Assembly: GCA_031255775.1 (NCBI GenBank)
Contig: JAIRRW010000064.1
Span: forward strand, 1-51,821
Reading direction: 5' to 3'
DNA: 51,821 nt
DNA from: Clostridiales bacterium
GTDB taxonomy: Bacteria; Bacillota; Clostridia; Christensenellales; Pumilibacteraceae
Positions 34,963-43,607 of this stretch are shown piece by piece. Within the stretch, counting starts at the first letter, position 1. Every line of letters starts with the position of its first letter. The notes below the pieces were generated by a model, which saw only the letters and a list, made by a program, of their open reading frames with translations, searched no databases and was not told the origin of the DNA. Made by a program: the position numbers and the translations under genes.

Positions 34963-35108
34963 GGAACATAGTTTTACCAAAATTTACGCAAAATACCACT
35001 GCGGCGGCAAATGGGCAAAGCATGTGTTATTCGGGGCCAAGCGGGCGGGCGGACGGGCTTGCGCGGCGCGAAACCTCCAAGTTTTTTGCAAAAGCGGAAG
35101 TAAAACGT

Positions 35109-35137
35109 TTGCAAAAAGCGGGTGAATCATATATAAT
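35109..35137 (+). promoter_or_regulatory. Sigma-A promoter (TTGCAA-17-TATAAT) for the large surface protein gene
   Basis: Read directly. The TSS would be about 35145. An AAAGGTGATG SD sits before the ATG at 35234. Confidence 0.55.
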
Positions 35138-35233
35138 TGTAAAATGTATTGTATCGTGCCTAGGTATGCTCCGATGCGGACAAGCCGCGGCGCGGACACG
35201 AAACTTGATTAACACAAAAGGTGATGAAAGAGA

Positions 35234-38200
35234 ATGAAGTTCACGCGTTGTCTAAAGAAATATTTTGTTGCGATTACCGCCGCGTTTTTGGCGCTGGCCT
35301 TGGGATTCTGCTATGCCTCTCTCCGCTTTCCCGGCGCGTACGCCGCCGACGAGGATGCCTTTGACGACAGCCGGTATTTGATTTGGACAGCCCCCCTGAC
35401 GATCGCCGACGGTCAATTTGACAGCGGCAGCGGCGTTTTGGGTACGCCCTCCTCCTGGACGGGCGAGCGGGTCTCGGGCGCCGAGCCCGTCACGGGCATT
35501 TTGGATCTCTCCGCCTATTCGGCCAACGTTGACTCGTACAAGCTCAAGGACAGATACGACGAATTTAAAAACGACGCGCCCGATTCGCCCTTTGGCAAGG
35601 CGAACGATTCGTCCAAGGGGTTTGAGGGCAGCAACCGCAAGGTTCTTTTGATCAATTCGGACGGCAACACTACGACCTACGGCTACCGCTCGCAGGCCTT
35701 TACGCTGGAGCCCGCCTCCTATTACGGCATTTCGGTGTGGCTTAGGACGGGCGCGTTTCACGGAAAGTCCGGCGCTTCCGTCGTGATAGACGGCTTTGAC
35801 GGCAAGGACAACAAAAACATCGGCATCTACAACATCGACACGACCAAAATCGCCGACCCCGCCGAGGACGATTACCGGGTGGGCTGGCGCGAACACACGA
35901 TCTATATCGCGACGCCCGCCTACACCGCCACCGAGGCCACGCTGACGCTCTCGCTGGGCGCGGCGGATCGGGTCGGGAGCGGCGAGGCGCAGGGCTATGT
36001 CATGTTTGACAACATTACGGCCAAGCAGTATTCGCCCAAGACCTTTGCCGACGCCTTTCATTTCGAATCGGTGTCGGAGGACGGCACGGGCCGGTATTTT
36101 GACCTGTATGACGGCGTTCCGGTCGAGAACGGCGATTTCTCGTCCTTGCCCGATTTTTGGTCGGGCGTAAAGGGGAGCGACGCCAACGCGCTCGTCCGCG
36201 ACGTCGAGGGGGGCGCCTACGCCTACGACCATTTCGGCATGGAACGCTATGCCTACGCGCCCGGCTTTACGGACGTGGGCACAAACCGCATCCAACTGAT
36301 CACCTCTTACGACGAAACGAAGGACGCCTTTAAGGAAGGGTACAACGGCATCATCTCCGAGGAAATCGAGGTCAAGCGGTATGCCCTGTACCGGGTCGCC
36401 TTTTGGGCCAAGACCGAAAGCCTTTCCGGCGGGGGCGCGACGGCCGCCGTCCATTACAAGGCGGTGGGCGCTCCGGAGGAGACCGAATCAAAGGAGACGC
36501 GCATGACCGGCGTGACCGGGGACGAGAGCAATTACGCGCGTTTCGGCTGGAAGCAGCACGCCTTTTATATTCGCGGCTCGGCCTATTTTGATTTTAAGAT
36601 TCAGATCGAGCTGGCTCTTGGGAGCAAGGACAGCAAGGGCAAGGGGCTTGTCCTCTACGACGACGTGACCATGGAGACGCTGACGCCCACCCGGTTTGCG
36701 GCCTTTGCCGAGGGCGACGGAACCAAGGTCGAGCTGGACAGCGTGACCGACGAGTCCGGGCTGACAAACGGCAATCTGGACAAGGCCGGCGAATATGAGG
36801 AGCTGGTCTACCCCCTCTACGACAATCCGCTGCCGCCCGAGGGGTGGACGCTGACAAAACCCAGCGCCAACGACGCGGCGGGATACGACAAGACCGACCG
36901 GGGCGCCGACGACATCGTTAGCGGGCTGGTGCCCGTCGAGGATATTATCAGTCTCAACCTAGACAAGGCCTACGGCGGGGCGCTTCGCCTCTCTTCGCCC
37001 ACCCTGACGGCGTTTGCCTATAAGAGCAGCGGCATCACGGTCGCCGCGTCCACGGCCGAGGCGCCCGTCTATAAGGAGATCGCCGTGACGCTGGCGGTCA
37101 GCGACATCAGCGGGTACGGCGCAAGTTTGGTTTTAAAAAACGGCGCTTCGACCGTCGCGAACATCGAGGGCATCCGGGATACCCTCGCCAAAACGCAGAC
37201 CTATAAATTTTATGTCAAGGGCGGCAACGCCGAGGCCGCGATGACCCTGGAGGTCTGGCTGGGCATGGCCAACCGTCTAAACGCCGCGCCCAAGCTGAGC
37301 GCGGGCGACGTCTTTGTCACCGGCGTACGGGTGACCGATTCGACTGCGGAGGCGTACGACGCGGCGGCGGCAAGCTACAAGGTCGATCGGCGTCACGCTG
37401 TGGAGGACGGCCTCGACTACGCCGTCGTCCCCCTCACGGACAACCAGTTTTATCTGTTTGACAACTTTGACACCGACAACAACGCGGGACTGCCCAACCA
37501 GGTCAAGCATCCGTACAACTGGTCGATGTCAACGATCGGCGACCAAAGGCTGGTGCGTTACGGCATTTTCGCCGCCGACCCGATTTCGGGCAGTCAGATC
37601 CCGGCCGCCTTTAAAAACCCGCTGGGCGCGCCCTATATCCTACTGCTGGAAAACCTGGCCGACACCGCCAGCACGCTGACGCTGGACACGCCCTACGCCC
37701 TCTCCGCTTCCGGCTATTATAAGCTGTCCGTCGCGGTCAAGGTCGACCTAAACGACGCGGCGCGCGACAGCGGCAAAATGCTGGGCGCCTCGATCAAGCT
37801 TTCCTCGGGGGATTTTGTCTTTAAGGACATTAAGGACACCTCGAAAAAGCCGGTGGGCGACACCAATTTAGACCCCGACAAAGAGGTTTTTCGGACCTAT
37901 ACCTTTTATATCAAGGCGGGTGACGCCGAGAGTACGCTCGGCCTGACCTTCGGGCTGGGCGGCAGTGAAAATCCCGGCCAGCGGATCGCCGGACGGCTGT
38001 ATATCGGCGACATCACGCTCGAAACGATCGACAACGTCGCCTATGACGACGCCGCCGACCGCTATGCCGCGCTAAAGAAAAACAACGACAGGGACGTCAA
38101 TGAGGCCGAGGAATACGCCACGACCATGATCGTCGATCAGTCGTCGGCCGCACAGCCCGAGGAGGGCGGGGATACGCCCGACGCGGACGCGGGCTGCGGC

Positions 38201-38914
38201 GACATTCAGTGGTGGCTGATCCCCTCCATTCTGCTGGCCGTCCTGTTGATCGTCGTCGTCGTCGGCAGCTTTATCCGCCGCAAGATCGACAACCGACCCA
38301 AGAAGGTCACCGTCAAAAAAGCGGCCTCCTACGACAGACGCCTTGTCAGCCTTGACGAGGAGGAAGTCACGGTAGACGCCGCCGGAAAGACCGTTTCCGT
38401 CAAGACGCCCGATTCGTTTGAATCGTTTGACGACGACGCCGAGCCCGCCGCCGAAAAGCCGGTCAAAAAGCCGAAGCCGGTCAAGGAAGTGCGCGGCGAC
38501 GAATTTGACGAAACGGACGACCTAGAGGACGCAGACGACGCGGACGACGCGGCCAACGCGGCCAACGCGGCCAACGCGGCCAACGCGGCCAACGCGGCCA
38601 ACGCGGCCAACGCGGACAACGCGGACAACGCGGACAACGCGGACAACGCGGACGACGCGGACAACGCGGCCAAGACGGACGAAATGAACGACGCGGACAA
38701 CGCGGACGACGCGGCCAAGGATGAAACGCCGGAGCCGACGGAGGCCGCCGCGCCCGCAGACATGGCCGAACCCGCGCCCGCCGAACCGACGACGGAACCC
38801 GCATCGGAACCCGCGGCCGACAAAACGACCGCGCCCGACGAGAAAGCGGAGCCGGACGAAAAGGCCGCGCCCAAGAAAGCGTTTGGCGGCTTTGAGGACG
38901 ACTTTGAGGATTAG
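35234..38914 (+). CDS. Large type-I membrane/surface protein with four CBM_4_9-like beta-sandwich modules and an acidic repetitive cytoplasmic tail
   Basis: The N-terminus has a signal peptide (MKFTRCLKKYFVAITAAFLALALGF...AYA/AD). About 980 aa of ectodomain carry four recurring modules that end in W..H.FYI / YKFYVKGG / TYTFYIKAGD patterns. One TM helix follows (IQWWLIPSILLAVLLIVVVVGSFIRRK). A D/A/N-rich tail of about 200 aa follows (DADDAANAANAAN...). Confidence 0.7.
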   Translation: MKFTRCLKKYFVAITAAFLALALGFCYASLRFPGAYAADEDAFDDSRYLIWTAPLTIADGQFDSGSGVLGTPSSWTGERVSGAEPVTGILDLSAYSANVDSYKLKDRYDEFKNDAPDSPFGKANDSSKGFEGSNRKVLLINSDGNTTTYGYRSQAFTLEPASYYGISVWLRTGAFHGKSGASVVIDGFDGKDNKNIGIYNIDTTKIADPAEDDYRVGWREHTIYIATPAYTATEATLTLSLGAADRVGSGEAQGYVMFDNITAKQYSPKTFADAFHFESVSEDGTGRYFDLYDGVPVENGDFSSLPDFWSGVKGSDANALVRDVEGGAYAYDHFGMERYAYAPGFTDVGTNRIQLITSYDETKDAFKEGYNGIISEEIEVKRYALYRVAFWAKTESLSGGGATAAVHYKAVGAPEETESKETRMTGVTGDESNYARFGWKQHAFYIRGSAYFDFKIQIELALGSKDSKGKGLVLYDDVTMETLTPTRFAAFAEGDGTKVELDSVTDESGLTNGNLDKAGEYEELVYPLYDNPLPPEGWTLTKPSANDAAGYDKTDRGADDIVSGLVPVEDIISLNLDKAYGGALRLSSPTLTAFAYKSSGITVAASTAEAPVYKEIAVTLAVSDISGYGASLVLKNGASTVANIEGIRDTLAKTQTYKFYVKGGNAEAAMTLEVWLGMANRLNAAPKLSAGDVFVTGVRVTDSTAEAYDAAAASYKVDRRHAVEDGLDYAVVPLTDNQFYLFDNFDTDNNAGLPNQVKHPYNWSMSTIGDQRLVRYGIFAADPISGSQIPAAFKNPLGAPYILLLENLADTASTLTLDTPYALSASGYYKLSVAVKVDLNDAARDSGKMLGASIKLSSGDFVFKDIKDTSKKPVGDTNLDPDKEVFRTYTFYIKAGDAESTLGLTFGLGGSENPGQRIAGRLYIGDITLETIDNVAYDDAADRYAALKKNNDRDVNEAEEYATTMIVDQSSAAQPEEGGDTPDADAGCGDIQWWLIPSILLAVLLIVVVVGSFIRRKIDNRPKKVTVKKAASYDRRLVSLDEEEVTVDAAGKTVSVKTPDSFESFDDDAEPAAEKPVKKPKPVKEVRGDEFDETDDLEDADDADDAANAANAANAANAANAANAANADNADNADNADNADDADNAAKTDEMNDADNADDAAKDETPEPTEAAAPADMAEPAPAEPTTEPASEPAADKTTAPDEKAEPDEKAAPKKAFGGFEDDFED
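38534..38668 (+). repeat. 15 tandem 9-bp units inside the cytoplasmic tail coding region of the surface protein
   Basis: The units read GACGACGCG x2, GCCAACGCG x7, GACAACGCG x4, GACGACGCG, GACAACGCG. They encode (DDA)2(ANA)7(DNA)4DDA DNA. Confidence 0.8.
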
Positions 38915-38955
38915 GGTTCACAACGAGATTTGAAAAGCATATAACCGCTTTTAGC

Positions 38956-38990
38956 GTCAAAGACCGTCGGTAAAGCCGACGGTCTTTGAC
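38956..38990. terminator. Perfect 15-bp-stem hairpin (GTCAAAGACCGTCGG TAAAG CCGACGGTCTTTGAC) between convergent genes
   Basis: Read directly. It lies 42 nt after the surface-protein stop and about 90 nt after the stop of the minus-strand gene. The flanks are A/T-rich but carry no long U-tract. Confidence 0.5.
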
Positions 38991-39024
38991 TATAGACAGC
39001 GCAACATAAAACGGGAGCGGACAC

Positions 39025-39090
39025 CTTATTTCCTCGCCAAACTGCAAGTAAACCGGCATTTTATCGAAAGCGGTCGCGCTATAGCGTCAG
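39025..39090. repeat. Copy J (degenerate) of the intergenic repeat family
   Basis: GCGGACACCTTATTTCCTCGCCAAACTGCAAGTAAACCGGCATTTTATCGAAAGCGGTCGCGCT was read directly. Confidence 0.45.
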
Positions 39091-40044
39091 CGTTTTGATT
39101 GAGTCCAGCAATTTGTGATACGCGTCGTCCAGCGCCTTTGTTCGGCCGGGCGTGCGGTTTTCGGGCTGAAAGCGCTGTGCCCGCAGGAGGGCGGCGATCT
39201 CCTTCATTTCGCCGATCGGCGCGCCCGTTTCGCTGAGCTCGACGATCCGGGTGATGACGTCCTCCAGGTCCGGCTCCAACCCCGCCTCGGTCTCATAGCC
39301 CGAAAAAACATAGGGCGCGTAGGGCGTTTCGTCCGCCGCCTCCCGCTCTTTTTGCGTCGGCGTCGTCGGGACATCGGCGGCGTACGCCCCTCCCGCCGCC
39401 CCGGCTTTTTCGACGGCTTGTGCCGACGGAAAGGCGGTATCGACGATAAAGAGGAGGCGCTCATAGCGGCGCATCGCCCGCTTGTAGAGGGGGTTTAACG
39501 CCAAGCGTCCCAAAAAGGCGCAGACCGTCCCGGCAAGCGCGACGAGGAGGACGACGGCGGGCGTCGAAACGGGCGTATACGCGGCGATGCGGGCAAAGCC
39601 CAAAAAGCCGGAGAGCAGGGCGATGATGCCGGTAAACAGCAGGGTCAAGGGGGTGATCTTGTACACCGCCGAACGCTCGAAGGGGACGGCGACGCAAAGC
39701 CAGGCCGTCAGCCGCTCGCCGAGGGGCTCGCCCCGCTCGGCCGCCCGGCGGCAGGCCTCCGCCGCCATAGCGGGCATACGGGACATCTCCCCGTCCAGCA
39801 CACGGACGGTCAGTCGTTTTTTCTTAAACAACCTGTCGATCCGACGGACGCGCCGACAAAAGCGCGCCGTTCCGCCCCGGCCAAACAGGCACAGGCAGAG
39901 CACAAACAGCGCGGTGAGCGCGGCGCCGGCGGCGGCGATGCCCGCAGGCGTCAGCGCCGCTGCGGCGGCGGCGATCCAAGCTATCACGGTTTCAAACAAG
40001 GGCAAGGCGCGGCCTCCTTTCCATACAGCGGCCGGAGCGGACAA
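39079..40044 (-). CDS. Hypothetical polytopic membrane protein downstream of addA
   Basis: Several hydrophobic helices and an Ala-rich N-terminus are present. No family was recognised. The start is uncertain, because the track start lies in a repeat region. Confidence 0.4.
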   Translation of the reverse strand: MSAPAAVWKGGRALPLFETVIAWIAAAAAALTPAGIAAAGAALTALFVLCLCLFGRGGTARFCRRVRRIDRLFKKKRLTVRVLDGEMSRMPAMAAEACRRAAERGEPLGERLTAWLCVAVPFERSAVYKITPLTLLFTGIIALLSGFLGFARIAAYTPVSTPAVVLLVALAGTVCAFLGRLALNPLYKRAMRRYERLLFIVDTAFPSAQAVEKAGAAGGAYAADVPTTPTQKEREAADETPYAPYVFSGYETEAGLEPDLEDVITRIVELSETGAPIGEMKEIAALLRAQRFQPENRTPGRTKALDDAYHKLLDSIKTLTL

Positions 40045-40073
40045 ACAGCGGGTTTATACGGGCTGCGTTTGTC

Positions 40074-40325
40074 TTGCCCACTCCCGGCCTTTTCTATATG
40101 TATATGCGAAGGAAAGCGGCCAAACGACTTTGATTGCGCAGGTTTATTGTTTTTTGAATACGGAACCTCGCGGAGTGGCCAAATAGTGGGTTGATACGGG
40201 CTACGTTTGTCTTGCCGCCTCAGTCATGTATGTCATATACACTCCTGTCGGCGGCAAAACAACTGTTGCCCGTCTGAACCTCACTCTTTGTCACTCCGTG
40301 TAACTCATGATTTGCCCACTCCCGG
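40074..40325. repeat. 14-bp perfect direct repeats (TTGCCCACTCCCGG) flanking a 224-bp segment that carries a third related copy (MITE/indel-like)
   Basis: The direct repeats sit at about 40074-40087 and 40312-40325. The second lies inside the last codons of addA (VPGVGKS). ATACGGGCTGCGTTTGTCTTGCC at about 40057 and ATACGGGCTACGTTTGTCTTGCC at about 40196 are near-identical. CGGAACCTCG occurs at about 40163 and about 40324. Confidence 0.5.
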
Positions 40326-43300
40326 AACCTCGTACAGCTTGCCGGTGCCAAAGGCGTACACGTACAGCTTTTCGGGCTCTTTTTTGAGGATCTTGCGCGC
40401 GGCGCGGCCGTACATGCCCAGCTGCGCGTCAAAATGTCCCGCCGTAATTGTATCCGCTTTAGCGGTTTTATAATCAATGACCGTACAGCTTTTTTCGTCC
40501 GCGATCAACAGGTCGATGATGCCCTGTATCAGGCGGCCGCCCTCGCTTAGGATAAAGGGAATCTCGCGGAAATACGTCCTGTTTTTGACCAGCCGTCCGA
40601 TCACGCGGTGCGCGGTCGCGATCTCGCCTTTATCGACCGAGGCCGCCTCTCCCTCGGCCAGGCCGCCGACCGCGTCCGAAAACGCCCGCTCAAAGGGCTT
40701 GGCAAAATCCAGCCTTTCCATCACGCGGTGGTAGGCGGTGCCGCGCGCCGCCGCCCGGTCGTCCGTCTCGCCGCCCGCGGCGTACCCGGCCCGCGGCAGG
40801 TCGGCCGCCGCCTCGTCCGCTAAGAGCGCGGTCACCGAGGTCTTGACCGGGCGGGGCGCGTGCGGATAGACAAACGAAAACTGCGCCCTCAAGCTCGCGG
40901 TGAGCGCCGGGTCCTCCCTCCCCGAAAGGGTCCTGTCCTGCGGGGCGTAGTCGATCGTTGGCTGTGCCGCCCGATCGATGAGCGAAAACCCTTTCTCCCG
41001 CGCGGCGGGCATCAGCCAGTCGAAAAAACATTCGGCGTCGCGGGCGGGCGGGCAGGGATCGCCGGTAAACAGCGGGTCCTTTTCGGGGAGGACGGCGTAC
41101 AGGCGCAGGCCGGTTTTCGCGCGGGTGAGCGCGACGTACAGGAGGCGCATTTCCTCTTCCTTTTGGGCGGCGGTCAATTTGACGGCGGCCGCGCGGTGGA
41201 TGCGGTTTGGGAGGACGGCGCGGCGCGTCTTGTCCCAGGTCTTTAGGCACAGACCCAGCCGGGGCTCGAGGATCGCCGACGCTCTTTCGTCGCTGAGATT
41301 GAATTTTTTTTGCGTGTGGATCAAAAACACGTGCTCAAACTCCAGCCCCTTGGCGGCATGAACCGTCATCAGCCGGACGGCGCCCGCAGGAGCGTCGGGC
41401 GTGTGGGCGGGCTGCGCGTTTCGCAAATAAACCACATAATCGGCCGTCGTGCGTCCGTAGGGCGCCCGGTTGATATGCTCTAAAAAGGCGCTTAAAAGCT
41501 CGGCCTTTTCGGCGCCGCCGTCCTGCGCGAGCACGTGCGCAAAATAGCCGTGGGCGGCGATAAAGCGTCCGATCAGCTCGCCCGCGGTATGCCCGGCGGC
41601 ATAGGCGGTATAAAAGTCAAGCTCGGCAAAAAAGGCGTTGAGCCGGACGGCGGTGTCGTCGGTTTTATCGGCGGCGTACGCCTTGGCGGCGCGGAAAAAC
41701 CGTCCCGGCTCTTCCTCGGCCGGGCGCGAACCCTGCCGCGCGTCTCCCGCCTGCGGCCGCTCGGACAGCCGAATCTCCGCCAGCCCATTCTTGTCAAGGC
41801 CGACAAAAAAGGATTGTAGCACGCTGACAAGGGCAATGTCGTCGGTGTGGTTGTCGATCAGCCGCAAAAAGGCCAGCAGCACCGCGATCTCATAGACGGA
41901 CGAAAAGTTTAGCGGCTTTTTCATATAGACGTTGACCCCGGCCACGCGAAGCCTTTCGTACAGGTCGGCCGCCTCGCCGCCCGCCGACCGCGTCAGCACC
42001 GCGATGTCCGAGGGTCTGACCCGGCGCTTTTCGCCGTCCTCCTCGACGAGGCCGGACTCTAACAGCTCGACAATATCCAGCACGATCCGGTCGTTTAGGA
42101 GCCCCGTGTCGGCGCCCGAATCGGTTTCGTCATGAGAGAGCACGCTGTAGACCGCGGGCGTCGGCTTTGGCCGCTCGGCGGCCTTTTGCAGGATCACGGC
42201 CTCGACGACGCCGCCCGAAAAACCCGCCCGCCCGATGAGCCGCGCGTCCGACGCGTAGTCGATCCCGCCGAAGTCCCGCGTCATGCAGCGCGAAAAGACC
42301 TCGTTGCAAAAGGAGAGGATCTCGGCGCGGCTGCGGAAATTGTGGTTGAGCTCGATCGGCGGTTGCAGGCCGAGCGCCTTATAGCCGTAATATTTGTCGA
42401 TAAAGATTTGCGGGTCGCAGCGGCGAAAGGCGTAAATACTCTGCTTGACGTCGCCGACAAGCAGCACCTCCGACTGCTTGGACACGGCGGAAATAATGCT
42501 GTCCTGCAGGGGGTTGATGTCCTGATATTCGTCCACAAAGACCGCGCGGTAACGCCCGGCGATATCGGCGGCGACGTCGGGGATTTGCAGGAGCTCCCGC
42601 GCGTAGTGCTCTAAATCGGCGTAGTCCAGCTTGTTGCGCCGCCGCTTGGCCTCGCGGTACAGCTCAAAAACCGTCCGCGTCACCGCGCACAGCGTCCCGG
42701 CGTAGACCGACGACTCCGTGCCGTCCGGCAAGAGGAGGTCGCCGCGGGCGCGGGACAGGCGGGGTAAGAGCTTATCCTTAAGCGCCTTAAACGCGTCGTT
42801 GAGCGCGGGAAAATCGCCGACCGGGCCCCGGCCGACGGGCAGTCCGTCCAAGAGGTCGTTTTTATCCCCGACCCGGGTCAAAACCTCTTCGATCGCGTCG
42901 TCGTTGCGCGAATAGCCGACGGCGCGGCAGCGCGCCAACAACTCGGTGAGCTTGCCCCCGGCCAAGGCGGAAAGCCGTTCCTCCTCGCCGCGCAAAACTG
43001 CGTCCGCCCTTGCCGGGTCGGCGTACACGGCCAGCGCGTCGCCGCGCAGCCAAGCCTGCGGGTCGGGCTGCGTGGCGGCAAATTGGTAGACCCTTAGGAG
43101 AATACGCGCTAAGCCCGTGTGGCGGCGGCGCCATAAAAGCGCGTCGTACAAGAACAAAAAATCCGCGTCGGCCGCTTCGAGATACTGGGCGATCGCCCCC
43201 TCCACCGCCTCGCTCAAAAGCACGTCGGCCTCCCCCTCGTCCATCACCTCAAAGCCCGGGTCCACGTCCAGCGCGTAAAAATAACTGCGGATCAGCCGCT

Positions 43301-43607
43301 GGCACCAGCTGTCGATGGTGGAGATCTCGGCGGTGGACAGCGCGTTGAGCTGCCGCTCGAGGTCCTCGCCGCCCCTCTCTTTATATATGGTAAAAAGTTT
43401 TTGGTACAGCTTGTCCTTCATGTCGGCGGCGGCGGCGCGCGTAAACGTGCAGATGACCGTTTCGGACAGCTCGCCCCCCGCCGTCAGCCGTTGGGCGGCG
43501 CGTTCGATCATGGTCGTCGTCTTGCCGCTTCCGGCGGACGCCGACACCAGCATCCCGCCCGTCCCCGAAATGACCTGCCGCTGCTTGTCGGTAAACCGCG
43601 TCACCAT
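40305..43607 (-). CDS. addA: ATP-dependent helicase/nuclease subunit A (AddA)
   Basis: A UvrD-type helicase (GSGKTT Walker A) is joined to a C-terminal PD-(D/E)xK nuclease (IDLLIADEKSCTVIDYKT). The ATG overlaps the addB stop (ATGGTGA) and has GGGGAGGG upstream. Confidence 0.85.
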   Translation of the reverse strand: MVTRFTDKQRQVISGTGGMLVSASAGSGKTTTMIERAAQRLTAGGELSETVICTFTRAAAADMKDKLYQKLFTIYKERGGEDLERQLNALSTAEISTIDSWCQRLIRSYFYALDVDPGFEVMDEGEADVLLSEAVEGAIAQYLEAADADFLFLYDALLWRRRHTGLARILLRVYQFAATQPDPQAWLRGDALAVYADPARADAVLRGEEERLSALAGGKLTELLARCRAVGYSRNDDAIEEVLTRVGDKNDLLDGLPVGRGPVGDFPALNDAFKALKDKLLPRLSRARGDLLLPDGTESSVYAGTLCAVTRTVFELYREAKRRRNKLDYADLEHYARELLQIPDVAADIAGRYRAVFVDEYQDINPLQDSIISAVSKQSEVLLVGDVKQSIYAFRRCDPQIFIDKYYGYKALGLQPPIELNHNFRSRAEILSFCNEVFSRCMTRDFGGIDYASDARLIGRAGFSGGVVEAVILQKAAERPKPTPAVYSVLSHDETDSGADTGLLNDRIVLDIVELLESGLVEEDGEKRRVRPSDIAVLTRSAGGEAADLYERLRVAGVNVYMKKPLNFSSVYEIAVLLAFLRLIDNHTDDIALVSVLQSFFVGLDKNGLAEIRLSERPQAGDARQGSRPAEEEPGRFFRAAKAYAADKTDDTAVRLNAFFAELDFYTAYAAGHTAGELIGRFIAAHGYFAHVLAQDGGAEKAELLSAFLEHINRAPYGRTTADYVVYLRNAQPAHTPDAPAGAVRLMTVHAAKGLEFEHVFLIHTQKKFNLSDERASAILEPRLGLCLKTWDKTRRAVLPNRIHRAAAVKLTAAQKEEEMRLLYVALTRAKTGLRLYAVLPEKDPLFTGDPCPPARDAECFFDWLMPAAREKGFSLIDRAAQPTIDYAPQDRTLSGREDPALTASLRAQFSFVYPHAPRPVKTSVTALLADEAAADLPRAGYAAGGETDDRAAARGTAYHRVMERLDFAKPFERAFSDAVGGLAEGEAASVDKGEIATAHRVIGRLVKNRTYFREIPFILSEGGRLIQGIIDLLIADEKSCTVIDYKTAKADTITAGHFDAQLGMYGRAARKILKKEPEKLYVYAFGTGKLYEVPGVGKS

